Shown: piece after piece, positions 17,405 to 26,589 of the stretch
Position numbering within the stretch: position 1 is the first letter of the stretch
Layout of the letters: each line of letters opens with the position of its first letter
Assembly: GCF_000284455.1 (NCBI RefSeq)
Contig: NC_017039.1
Span: 3,480,001 to 3,512,000, forward strand
Direction: 5' to 3'
Length of the DNA: 32,000 nucleotides
Source of the DNA: Synechocystis sp. PCC 6803 substr. PCC-P
GTDB taxonomy: Bacteria; Cyanobacteriota; Cyanobacteriia; Cyanobacteriales; Microcystaceae
Made by a program: the position numbers and the translations under genes
The notes under the pieces: model-generated
Databases searched by the model: none
Told to the model about the DNA's origin: nothing
What the model saw: only the letters and a program-made list of their open reading frames with translations

Positions 17405-19822
17405 ATGGTTACATCCCCCTTTTCCCTTAGTCCCTTTGGTCAAGCTAGATCCACCGTCACTGGCAATCCCCTTGACCCGACAGAACTTAACCAAATGCAC
17501 GGTTTTTGGCGGGCAGCCAACTACTTGGCAGTGGGCATGATTTATCTGCGGGATAATCCCCTTTTGCGGGAACCGCTTCAACCGGAACAGATCAAGCATC
17601 GCCTGTTGGGTCACTGGGGTTCTAGTCCCGGCATTAGTTTTCTCTACACCCATCTCAACCGCATTATCAGGAAATTTGACCAGGATATGCTGTACATGGT
17701 GGGGCCTGGCCACGGCGCACCAGGCTTTTTGGGGCCCTGCTACCTAGAAGGGAGCTATTCTCGCTTTTTTGCCGAGTGTAGTGAAGATGAGGACGGCATG
17801 AAGCGCTTTTTCAAACAATTTTCCTTTCCCGGTGGCATTGGCAGTCATTGCACTCCCGAAACCCCTGGTTCCATCCACGAGGGGGGAGAATTGGGCTACT
17901 GCCTATCCCATGCCTATGGCGCTGCCTTTGATAATCCCAATTTAATTGTGGTCGGTTTAGCGGGGGATGGGGAGTCGGAAACAGGCCCCTTGGCTACCTC
18001 CTGGCATTCCAATAAGTTTATTAACCCGATTCGGGATGGGGCAGTTTTACCGGTTCTGCATCTCAATGGGTACAAGATTAACAATCCAAGTGTTTTATCT
18101 CGCATTAGCCATGAAGAATTAAAGGCTTTATTTGAAGGTTACGGTTATACCCCCTACTTTGTTGAAGGCTCTGACCCGGAATCTATGCACCAAGCCATGG
18201 CAGCCACGTTGGATCATTGTGTGAGCGAAATTCATCAAATCCAACAAGAAGCTCGTAGTACGGGCATTGCCGTGCGCCCCCGTTGGCCCATGGTTGTGAT
18301 GCGGACTCCCAAGGGATGGACGGGGCCTGACTATGTTGATGGCCATAAGGTAGAAGGTTTTTGGCGATCGCACCAAGTTCCCATGGGGGGCATGCACGAG
18401 AATCCAGCCCATTTGCAACAGTTGGAAGCTTGGATGCGGAGTTATAAGCCGGAAGAATTGTTCGACGAGCAAGGTACTTTAAAACCGGGATTTAAGGCGA
18501 TCGCCCCGGAGGGAGATAAGCGTTTAGGCTCTACTCCCTACGCCAATGGTGGTTTGTTACGGCGGGGTTTGAAAATGCCGGACTTTCGTCAATATGGTAT
18601 TGATGTGGACCAACCAGGCACCATCGAAGCCCCTAATACTGCACCCCTGGGAGTATTTCTGCGGGATGTGATGGCCAACAACATGACCAATTTCCGCCTG
18701 TTTGGCCCCGATGAAAATAGTTCCAATAAACTCCATGCCGTCTACGAGGTTAGCAAAAAATTCTGGATTGCTGAATATCTAGAAGAAGACCAGGATGGGG
18801 GGGAATTAAGTCCCGATGGTCGGGTGATGGAAATGTTAAGCGAGCACACCTTAGAAGGTTGGTTAGAGGCCTATCTTTTAACCGGGCGTCACGGCTTTTT
18901 CGCCACCTATGAATCCTTTGCCCATGTGATCACTTCCATGGTTAACCAACACGCTAAATGGTTGGATATTTGTCGACACCTCAACTGGCGGGCAGATATT
19001 TCCTCGTTAAATATCTTGATGACGTCCACCGTGTGGCGACAGGATCACAACGGGTTTACCCACCAAGATCCCGGTTTTCTCGATGTCATTCTCAATAAAA
19101 GCCCCGATGTGGTGCGAATTTATTTACCCCCCGATGTTAATTCTCTGCTTTCCGTAGCGGACCATTGTTTACAGAGCAAAAACTACATCAACATCATCGT
19201 TTGCGATAAGCAAGCCCACCTGCAATACCAGGACATGACTTCCGCTATCCGTAACTGCACTAAAGGGGTGGACATTTGGGAATGGGCCAGTAATGATGCC
19301 GGTACGGAACCGGATGTGGTGATGGCAGCGGCGGGGGATATTCCCACCAAAGAGGCCTTGGCGGCCACAGCCATGCTAAGGCAATTTTTTCCTAATCTGA
19401 GAATTCGCTTTGTCAGCGTGATTGATTTGCTCAAACTGCAACCGGAATCGGAGCATCCCCATGGCCTGAGCGATCGGGATTTTGACTCCCTCTTTACCAC
19501 CGATAAACCGATTATTTTTAACTTCCACGCCTATCCCTGGTTAATTCATCGGTTGACCTATCGACGGACTAACCATGGCAATCTCCATGTGCGGGGCTAC
19601 AAGGAAAAGGGCAACATCAACACCCCCATGGATTTAGCGATTCAAAACCAGATTGACCGTTTCAGCCTCGCCATTGATGTGATCGATCGCCTGCCCCAAT
19701 TGCGGGTGGCCGGAGCCCACATCAAGGAAATGCTCAAGGATATGCAGATTGACTGCACCAACTACGCCTACGAACACGGCATTGATATGCCAGAAATCGT
19801 TAATTGGCGCTGGCCCCTCTAG
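17405..19822 (+). CDS. xfp: Xylulose-5-phosphate/fructose-6-phosphate phosphoketolase (ThDP-dependent).
   Basis: About 805 aa from ATG 17405 ([12 protein letters not shown]...). XFP family signatures are present: [46 protein letters not shown]. The 16 extra codons of the longest ORF start at a non-ATG codon. Confidence 0.95.
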   Translation: MVTSPFSLSPFGQARSTVTGNPLDPTELNQMHGFWRAANYLAVGMIYLRDNPLLREPLQPEQIKHRLLGHWGSSPGISFLYTHLNRIIRKFDQDMLYMVGPGHGAPGFLGPCYLEGSYSRFFAECSEDEDGMKRFFKQFSFPGGIGSHCTPETPGSIHEGGELGYCLSHAYGAAFDNPNLIVVGLAGDGESETGPLATSWHSNKFINPIRDGAVLPVLHLNGYKINNPSVLSRISHEELKALFEGYGYTPYFVEGSDPESMHQAMAATLDHCVSEIHQIQQEARSTGIAVRPRWPMVVMRTPKGWTGPDYVDGHKVEGFWRSHQVPMGGMHENPAHLQQLEAWMRSYKPEELFDEQGTLKPGFKAIAPEGDKRLGSTPYANGGLLRRGLKMPDFRQYGIDVDQPGTIEAPNTAPLGVFLRDVMANNMTNFRLFGPDENSSNKLHAVYEVSKKFWIAEYLEEDQDGGELSPDGRVMEMLSEHTLEGWLEAYLLTGRHGFFATYESFAHVITSMVNQHAKWLDICRHLNWRADISSLNILMTSTVWRQDHNGFTHQDPGFLDVILNKSPDVVRIYLPPDVNSLLSVADHCLQSKNYINIIVCDKQAHLQYQDMTSAIRNCTKGVDIWEWASNDAGTEPDVVMAAAGDIPTKEALAATAMLRQFFPNLRIRFVSVIDLLKLQPESEHPHGLSDRDFDSLFTTDKPIIFNFHAYPWLIHRLTYRRTNHGNLHVRGYKEKGNINTPMDLAIQNQIDRFSLAIDVIDRLPQLRVAGAHIKEMLKDMQIDCTNYAYEHGIDMPEIVNWRWPL

Positions 19823-19947
19823 ACCTTAACTAAAATCCCTGACATCGTTCTAGTTTCTGTTCCAATAGGTTAGCTAGGCCATGGGGGACAACGCTGGTCC
19901 AGCAAAATTTTGGCAGAAGCTAGAGCAAAGTTGGGGAGCTTTTCCCG

Positions 19948-20229
19948 TTAAAGATCGGCAAAGGTTTCCCCTGCCAGTAAGCCAGCATTAATTTTGTTGG
20001 TGACCAGTTCCCGGTACATGGCTAGTTCCTGGGATAGTAATTCATACCGGGGCTTGGAGTGGAGTGCCAAGGCCTTAATGTTGGATTCTTCTTCCTTGGT
20101 GACCACACCATCGGCCACGGCCTGCTCGATCAGGGCTCGTAAATAGTCTAATTCTTGGGTTTCTTCCCCACTCAATTGCTGGGAATTAGGACGTTCTACT
20201 TTCACTGCCCACCTCCTAGTCATCGCCAC
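19948..20229 (-). CDS. Small conserved-looking hypothetical protein (93 aa), acidic and helical.
   Basis: An ORF with native codon/GC character lying upstream of and co-directional with the SRPBCC gene. No recognisable motif. Confidence 0.5.
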   Translation of the reverse strand: MAMTRRWAVKVERPNSQQLSGEETQELDYLRALIEQAVADGVVTKEEESNIKALALHSKPRYELLSQELAMYRELVTNKINAGLLAGETFADL

Positions 20230-20280
20230 TGCTTATTTCTTCCAGCTTAACTCAAGATTTTGGTAGGGAAACCCCGAGAA

Positions 20281-20736
20281 TTAACTATGTAGGCCGCTGT
20301 TGATATATTCCCTTTCCGCCACCTGTTTTAACCGTCGCAGTTGAGCTTGCATGTCCGCACTGGTCCAACGGGCCGCAAACATTTGAAAGCCCCATTGCAC
20401 AACGGGGTTGGGCACAGTGAACTCGAATCTATTCAGTAAATAGGTACCTTCTTCTAGGGGGCGACATTCCCAACGGTCTTGCCCTTGGAAAAATCCTTTG
20501 AATTGCCACACCACTAACCCTGGCGATCTCTCCACCACGACGCTTTTCAGGCTGGGTTTGAGCAGGGGAATTTGGATAGTAAAACGACTCCGGCCACCGA
20601 TCGCCGTGGACCATTGACCGATGGGTTCACAACGCAGGGCCGGGTTGAGCCAAAGGTGCATCAGATCCAAATCAGTGAAACACTGTTCTACCACTGTGGC
20701 ACTGGCCTTAATTTCAATGCCTTGCTCAAAGATCAC
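20281..20736 (-). CDS. SRPBCC (START/polyketide cyclase-dehydrase-like) family protein.
   Basis: 151 aa. The overall pattern is MIFEQGIEIKASATVVEQCFTDLDLMHLWLNP ... WQFKG ... YLLNRFEF ... followed by a C-terminal helix, which is typical of SRPBCC ligand-binding proteins. Confidence 0.65.
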   Translation of the reverse strand: MIFEQGIEIKASATVVEQCFTDLDLMHLWLNPALRCEPIGQWSTAIGGRSRFTIQIPLLKPSLKSVVVERSPGLVVWQFKGFFQGQDRWECRPLEEGTYLLNRFEFTVPNPVVQWGFQMFAARWTSADMQAQLRRLKQVAEREYINSGLHS

Positions 20737-20940
20737 AAAAGTTTAGGAAAAAGCTAGTTCAAGGGGGGCTGGTTTATCTTTTGGGGATGGTAACAGATTT
20801 CCAGGGGTCTTAACTGTTGGGGCCGATGGGAGAAGCCGGAGGAGAAGGATGGCCCAGGGCCATGTTCTGCTAGATTAGCCGAGGTGCGAATCAATTCATC
20901 TTCAAAGAATCGTACCCAGAAAAAGTTAGGAATTCCCTCG

Positions 20941-23613
20941 ATGCAGTCCCCCCGTGCTCCCCGCTGGAATCTTTCCCATTGGGCCATTGACCATCCCCGT
21001 TTTACCATCGGTTTTTGGTTGGCGATCGCCGTGGCGGGGCTATTGACTTTTAGTTCCCTCAAATATGCCCTCTTTCCGGAAGTGAGCTTTCCGGTGGTGA
21101 TTGTCCAGAGCAGTGGTGCGGGGTTGGATTTGGCCCAAACGGAGCAGAAGTTAACCATTCCCCTGGAAGAAAAACTAGTTACCATTGCCGATGCGGACGT
21201 GCAATCTTCCACCTACCCGGGGCAAACGGTGGCATCGGTGATTTTTTTAATGGGCCAATCCCTGGAACAGGCCACCACGGCGGTGGAACAATCTTTACAG
21301 GGAGTAACTCTACCAGCGGGCAGCGAAATTACCGTTGCTCCCTACAACTTGAACGAATCAGTGGCGGTGACCTATGCGGTGGCGTCCGAGACGTTATCCC
21401 TAGAGGAAATGGCGGCACCGTTGCAACAAGAATTAATGCCCCAGCTCCAAAACATTGCAGGGGTACTGCGGGTGGATTTACTGGGGGATGCTAACTTTCG
21501 ATCGCCAGGGGTCAAGGCGTTGGCCCAACAAACCATCAATCCCCCCACCTTGACTCGTCATAACGGCCAGGATGTGTTGGCGGTGCAGGTGGTCAAAACA
21601 GCCCAGGCCAATACCCTGGAAGTGGTGGACCGGGTGGAGCAGTTAATTGTGGAGCAAGCCCCAAAATTTCCCCAGTTAAAATTCATTGAAGCAGAAACCA
21701 CAGCGGGTTATATCCGGGAAGCAACCCAGGCCACCATTGAAGCCCTGTTGGGAGCGATCGTCTTGGCGGTGTTGATTATTTACCCCTTTCTCCGTAGCGG
21801 TTGGGCCACCCTAATCTCGGCGATCGCCATTCCCCTTTCCTTGCTGGGCACTTTCATCGTGATGGCGGCGTTGGATTTTAACCTAGAAACCCTGACCCTG
21901 TTGGCTCTAGCGTTAATTATTGGCATTGTAGTGGACGATGCCATTGTGGATGTGGAAAACATTGCCCGCCACGTTGAAGCAGGGGAACCTCCCAAACGGG
22001 CCGCCAAAATTGGCACTGAGGAAATTGGCCTAACTGTGTCTGCCACCACTTTTTCCATTGTGGTGGTGTTTCTACCCATTGCCCTGTTGGGGGGAACTTT
22101 AGGGGAATTTTTCTTCCCCTTTGCGGTCACCGTATCTGCGGCTGTGATCGTTTCCCTGCTGGTGGCCCGTACCCTATCTCCCGTGTTGACAGTGTTGTGG
22201 CTACGAACCCAAACTCCCCGGCCCCAGTCCTGGTTCAGTCGTGGTTTAGATGCCCTCGGCAATGGTTATCAACGGGTTCTAGCTTGGTCTTTGGGACACC
22301 GTTGGTGGATTGTGGCCCTGGCCCTAGTCAGTTTAATGGCAGGCTTAGCCATTATTCCCCTCATTCCCCAGGGATTTGTTCCCACCCTGGACCGGGGGGA
22401 ATTTAACGTTATTTTTCAATCCGCTCCCCCCAAAATTGCTGGGGCATTGTCTACTCCCCCCAGGGGTAATAACAACGACACAAGCGCTGGTGGAGCCTTT
22501 GGCTGGATTGATCAACTGGCCACTAATCCGGAAGCAGTGCTATTACGACGGGGACGACGGGTGGCGGAAGAGTTGGAACCCCCAATTTTGGCCGATCCTG
22601 CCGTGACGGAAACGTTTACTGTGGTGGGCATCCAGGGCAATCCCCTCCAAGGCAAGATCTATGTCAAACTGGACTCAGACCGCGAGGTGACTACCCAAAC
22701 AGTGCAAACGGAAGTGCGGGAAGCTCTGCCGGAAATTCCCCGGGTAACCACCAGGGTGGAAAATATCCTCTTTGTGCAAACGGGGGACGATACGCCCCTC
22801 AAGTTAGCTTTGTTGGGCAATGATTTAGACCTGTTACAAACCACGGGTAAAGCTCTGGAGGAAAAGGTGATGGCTTTGCCCGGTTTAACCCAAATCAGCC
22901 TCACTGGGGCCGAACCTGACAGCACAGGGATTTTACGTTTGCGGGGACAGAGAGCCGTCTATCTCAGTGCTTCTTTACTACCTAATTACGCCCTTGGGGA
23001 TCTCACCCAACAGGTAACGGCGATCGCCGAGGGGTTATTGCCCCCAGGGGTAGAACTGAGTGTGCAGGGTGAATCGGCCCGGGTCGGATCAGTATTTCGA
23101 GAATTTGCCCTCGCCTTTTTACTTTCCTTGTTGGGCATGGCGGCCATTTTTCTGGGGCTATTCCGCCGTTTACTGGAACCCATGGTGGTGTTACTTTCCT
23201 TACCCCTATCCATTGTCGGGGCGATGGTGGGACTGCTGGTCACCCAGAGCGAATTTGGCATGATTTCCCTGATTGGCCTAATTTTTCTCCTGGGCCTATT
23301 GGACAAAAACGCCATTCTCCTGATTGACTATGCTAACCAACTGCGCCATCGGGGTTTATCCCGCCAGGAAGCCCTATTGCAAACCGGCCATATCCGTCTG
23401 CGCCCCATTTTGATGACCACCAGTTCCACTATTTTGGGTATGCTCCCCCTAGCTCTGGGATGGGGGGCCGGGGCGGAACTCAGGCAACCCATGGCGATCG
23501 CCATCATTGGGGGTCTATTCACTTCCTCCGTACTTAGTCTGGTGGTGGTGCCAGTTTTATATAGTTTGCTGGACGATGTTTGGGGGCAGAAGCCCAGGCC
23601 GGAAAAAACCTGA
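20941..23613 (+). CDS. RND-family (AcrB/AcrD/AcrF-type) efflux transporter inner-membrane subunit.
   Basis: About 890 aa from ATG 20941 (MQSPRAPRWNLSHWAIDHPRFTIGFWLAIAV...). It has the two-fold repeated 6-TM architecture and conserved RND stretches (IGIVVDDAIVDVENI; LGLLDKNAILLIDYAN; RLRPILMTTSSTILGMLPLA). The longest ORF start at 20884 overlaps nothing useful. Confidence 0.93.
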   Translation: MQSPRAPRWNLSHWAIDHPRFTIGFWLAIAVAGLLTFSSLKYALFPEVSFPVVIVQSSGAGLDLAQTEQKLTIPLEEKLVTIADADVQSSTYPGQTVASVIFLMGQSLEQATTAVEQSLQGVTLPAGSEITVAPYNLNESVAVTYAVASETLSLEEMAAPLQQELMPQLQNIAGVLRVDLLGDANFRSPGVKALAQQTINPPTLTRHNGQDVLAVQVVKTAQANTLEVVDRVEQLIVEQAPKFPQLKFIEAETTAGYIREATQATIEALLGAIVLAVLIIYPFLRSGWATLISAIAIPLSLLGTFIVMAALDFNLETLTLLALALIIGIVVDDAIVDVENIARHVEAGEPPKRAAKIGTEEIGLTVSATTFSIVVVFLPIALLGGTLGEFFFPFAVTVSAAVIVSLLVARTLSPVLTVLWLRTQTPRPQSWFSRGLDALGNGYQRVLAWSLGHRWWIVALALVSLMAGLAIIPLIPQGFVPTLDRGEFNVIFQSAPPKIAGALSTPPRGNNNDTSAGGAFGWIDQLATNPEAVLLRRGRRVAEELEPPILADPAVTETFTVVGIQGNPLQGKIYVKLDSDREVTTQTVQTEVREALPEIPRVTTRVENILFVQTGDDTPLKLALLGNDLDLLQTTGKALEEKVMALPGLTQISLTGAEPDSTGILRLRGQRAVYLSASLLPNYALGDLTQQVTAIAEGLLPPGVELSVQGESARVGSVFREFALAFLLSLLGMAAIFLGLFRRLLEPMVVLLSLPLSIVGAMVGLLVTQSEFGMISLIGLIFLLGLLDKNAILLIDYANQLRHRGLSRQEALLQTGHIRLRPILMTTSSTILGMLPLALGWGAGAELRQPMAIAIIGGLFTSSVLSLVVVPVLYSLLDDVWGQKPRPEKT

Positions 23614-23703
23614 TCTAGCTACCCTGGTAATATTTCCCTCGCCTAGCCATTGGTAGAGGGGAATGCCAAAATGAAGACAACGTTGTTTTCGGTAAGAATT
23701 ATT

Positions 23704-24096
23704 ATGTTGCGGGACTTAGTGCAAAAAGCAGTCTATTTAGGGGTTGGCATTGCTTCCTATGCCGCCGAAACAGCCAATAGCAATATCAAAGAATTGGGTA
23801 ACCATGCCCAGAAGTTAGTGGATACCCTGGTGGAAAGGGGGGAAATGAATGCGGAAGAAGCCCGTCGCTATGTGGATGAATTAATTAGAGAGGCCCAAGG
23901 GGAGGCGATCGCCCATGGGGAAGGGGAAAATAAACAGCCCCGGCGCATTGAAATCATCACCGATGAAGAGGAAGCCAACCCCGATCCCCTCGCCCAAAAA
24001 ACTCCTGCCCAGTCCCAAACGGAGGACGTGGAAGCCCTACGACGACAGGTGGCGGCCCTCCAGGCAGAATTGCAACGTTTGAACCGTCAACCCTAA
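23704..24096 (+). CDS. Hypothetical helical protein (phasin/COG3937-like N-terminus?) with an acidic middle and a coiled-coil C-terminus.
   Basis: ORF directly downstream of the RND gene. ATG 23704 gives MLRDLVQKAVYLGVGIASYAAE..., the N-terminus I would expect for this kind of cyanobacterial protein. Alternative starts are ATG 23671 and TTG 23650. The functional label is weak. Confidence 0.55.
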   Translation: MLRDLVQKAVYLGVGIASYAAETANSNIKELGNHAQKLVDTLVERGEMNAEEARRYVDELIREAQGEAIAHGEGENKQPRRIEIITDEEEANPDPLAQKTPAQSQTEDVEALRRQVAALQAELQRLNRQP

Positions 24097-24166
24097 CCTA
24101 ACCATAGGGGAAACCGTCTACCGCAAGTTGTCAACACTGCAAATAGCAAAAAATAGCAAAACAGTT

Positions 24167-24643
24167 ATGGAAGATTGGGAGAAAAACCTCTGGTTAGCGG
24201 TGGAAACCTTGACCACAGCGGTGGAGACTTGGGTGGAAGACATGGAGAACGCCCTAGGGGAAGCAGCCGAAACCATCGAAGAGGAATTGGGCACCGAACT
24301 GCAATGGTTCTGGCAGGAATGGTCCACCTTCTGGGAAGACTTGTCAGACTTTGACGGGGACTTAAGCGACCTGGGGGAATTTGGCGATCGCCAGGGCCGG
24401 GAAGGACGGAACAATCAAACGGATGATCGAGGCTATTCCTCCCTGGTGCCCTGGTCTTCCCTGGACGGGGACTTTGGTCTTAATCCCCATCTGCCGGCCA
24501 ACGCCAATCATCAACCGGCTTGCCAAGGTTGTCAGCATTACCATGGCTATGTGTACAACGGGCAACTGTTGGTGTGTGCCATGCATCCCTACGGTTGGGA
24601 AACGGAACAATGTCCAGACTGGCAAGGCCCCAATCCCAATTAA
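24167..24643 (+). CDS. Hypothetical protein: acidic W/E-rich N-terminal half and a Cys/His-rich C-terminal module.
   Basis: ATG 24167 (MEDWEKNLW...). The track ORF starts at TTG 24128. C-terminus: CQGCQHYHGYVYNGQLLVCAMHPYGWETEQCPDW (CxxC...C..H...C), which is zinc-ribbon-like. HIP1 at 24384. Confidence 0.6.
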   Translation: MEDWEKNLWLAVETLTTAVETWVEDMENALGEAAETIEEELGTELQWFWQEWSTFWEDLSDFDGDLSDLGEFGDRQGREGRNNQTDDRGYSSLVPWSSLDGDFGLNPHLPANANHQPACQGCQHYHGYVYNGQLLVCAMHPYGWETEQCPDWQGPNPN

Positions 24644-24754
24644 TTGTTTCTGCTAACTTCCAACAACTCTTTTCAACGGCCAAAGCAGGCGATCGCCAAA
24701 GGGAACTGCTAAGGTTTTTGGTGGCCGCCCCTTAACTCCAGCAATTCTCCCCCT

Positions 24755-25645
24755 ATGTTTGGTTTCCTCAATCTCCATAAACCTCTGCACCTCACTTCCC
24801 ATGATTGTGTGGCCAAGGTGCGTCGTCTATTAAGGCAAAAACGGGTGGGGCACGGAGGCACCCTAGATCCTTTGGCGGAGGGAGTATTGCCCCTGGCGGT
24901 GGGGTCGGCTACCCGTTTACTGCCCTACTTACCTGGGGCAAAGCAATATCAAGCCCTTATTCGCTTTGGGGTACGTACCGACAGCGATGACCTAGCTGGG
25001 GAGGTATTAGAGAGTAAAAATGTTAGTTATTTAACCCTTGCCGCCGTTGAACAGATTTTACCGACTTTTTTGGGGGAAATTGAGCAAATTCCCCCTCAAT
25101 ACAGCGCTATTCAGGTTAATGGTAAGCGTTTGTATGAATTGGCCAGGGCTGGCATTCCCCAAGCAGTGCCCAGTCGCATGGTGACTATTAATGATTTGAA
25201 AATACTCGGTTGGCGATCGGGGAATCAGCCGGAATTAGATTTACAAGTTACCTGTGGGGAAGGAACCTACATTCGAGCCTTAGCCAGGGACCTTGGCGAT
25301 CGCCTGGGAACAGGGGCAACGTTGGCGGGCTTGGTACGGCAACAGAGTGGGGGCATGGCCCTGGATAATAGCGTTGGTTTAACCGCCCTGGAAAAAATCG
25401 TGGCGGAGGAGGAGCATATTCCTCTCATTCCTCCCCAGGAAGCGTTAAGCCATTTACCCACAGTTCAACTGAATAGCGAATTGGAAAAAAGGTGGTTCCA
25501 CGGCCAAAGATTGCTCTTGCCAGATCTACCCGTGGGAGTGGTACTAATCACATCGGAGCTAGGCCCAGTAAAATGCTTGGGCGTTGCCCTGGTGACTCCA
25601 GAAGACCATGGCACGGTGTTACGGCCAAAAGTTGTGCTGAATTAA
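24755..25645 (+). CDS. truB: tRNA pseudouridine(55) synthase.
   Basis: 296 aa. It has the TruB catalytic motif GHGGTLDPLAEGVLPLAVG and QIPPQYSAIQVNGKRLYELAR. Confidence 0.95.
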   Translation: MFGFLNLHKPLHLTSHDCVAKVRRLLRQKRVGHGGTLDPLAEGVLPLAVGSATRLLPYLPGAKQYQALIRFGVRTDSDDLAGEVLESKNVSYLTLAAVEQILPTFLGEIEQIPPQYSAIQVNGKRLYELARAGIPQAVPSRMVTINDLKILGWRSGNQPELDLQVTCGEGTYIRALARDLGDRLGTGATLAGLVRQQSGGMALDNSVGLTALEKIVAEEEHIPLIPPQEALSHLPTVQLNSELEKRWFHGQRLLLPDLPVGVVLITSELGPVKCLGVALVTPEDHGTVLRPKVVLN

Positions 25646-25755
25646 AAATTAATCTAACTAATCTTGGATTTCATTAACTTTTGAACAAAATTTAGTTAAA
25701 AACTTGCAAATTTACTTTTTTAAAGAATCAAATAATTGTTACCCTCATCTTAACT

Positions 25756-26391
25756 ATGGCTAACGAAAAAATTATTGTTTTTGACCTCGATGGAGTATTA
25801 ATCGACTCCGAAGAAGCTAACTACCAAGCCTTTGCCTATGGCATTGAACAGTTAGGCTTACCTAGGCCCGATCGCCAAACGGTGGTTTCCCTAGTGGGAC
25901 TGAAAGCTTCCCTCATGCTAGAAAAATTAGGCTGCCCTAGGCAAGAAGTAGAACGTATTTTTAAAGATTTTGTCCAACCTTTTTACATCGAAAATCTCCC
26001 CCAACTGGCGGCCCCCATGCCCAACGCGGTAACGGTTTTAACTACTTTAAAGCAACGGGATTACCGCATTCTAGCCTGCACTTCCGGCGATCGCCGTACC
26101 CAAACAGCGGCCTTGCAAGGAGTGGGTTTATGGTCGGCCATTGAAACCATGCTGGCGGCGGATGATTCCCCATTTGCCAAGCCCGATCCCCGTTACCTAC
26201 AACAATTGCTCGCTCCCTACGATTACCAAACCCTGTTGCACGTAGAAGATGCAGAAGTGGGCATTCGCATGGGACAAGCCTGCGGCGCAGTGAGTATTTT
26301 TGCTGAGTATGGCTATGGTTCCCTCCCAGCGGATTTGCCAGTGGATCATCGCCTCAGCCAACTGGCCGATATTTTGGCGATCGCCCTTTAG
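25756..26391 (+). CDS. HAD-superfamily hydrolase (phosphoglycolate phosphatase-like, subfamily IA).
   Basis: Motif I is IVFDLDGVLIDSE, motif II is ACTSG, and there is a later K...D/ED acidic motif. 211 aa. Preceded by a 110-bp AT-rich gap. Confidence 0.85.
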   Translation: MANEKIIVFDLDGVLIDSEEANYQAFAYGIEQLGLPRPDRQTVVSLVGLKASLMLEKLGCPRQEVERIFKDFVQPFYIENLPQLAAPMPNAVTVLTTLKQRDYRILACTSGDRRTQTAALQGVGLWSAIETMLAADDSPFAKPDPRYLQQLLAPYDYQTLLHVEDAEVGIRMGQACGAVSIFAEYGYGSLPADLPVDHRLSQLADILAIAL

Positions 26392-26589
26392 AGCGTGTTT
26401 GAAAAGCCCCCCTGGCTCCACAAGTTTGGGGGGAAACTAAGTCAAAGTCCCCCAGTATTGCCGGAGCTTTAGTGAGGAGATTTAGGGGGCAGAATCAGAC
26501 TTTATAAACAGGTTCTTAGAAGGCTACGCTATCCTAAAATTTATTCCCACTGCGGTGAAGACTTGACGGTGATCTAATGGCAGGAAATT

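Noticed and set aside
19948-20736. The 93-aa and 151-aa minus-strand gene pair considered as a toxin-antitoxin module.
   Set aside because: The downstream protein looks like an SRPBCC ligand-binding protein, not a known toxin fold. The genes are 51 nt apart, native in composition, and lack TA-type motifs.
20754-21212. 152-aa minus-strand ORF between the SRPBCC gene and the RND gene.
   Set aside because: It overlaps the 5' end of the RND transporter CDS by ~270 nt, has no recognisable motif, and has an odd composition. It is most likely an antisense artefact, and the 20737-20940 gap is better read as a divergent promoter region.
23704-24096. Naming the 130-aa helical protein a PHB phasin.
   Set aside because: The resemblance is limited to an amphipathic N-terminal helix. 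I recall the validated Synechocystis phasin being a different gene, so only a 'hypothetical, phasin-like?' label is justified.
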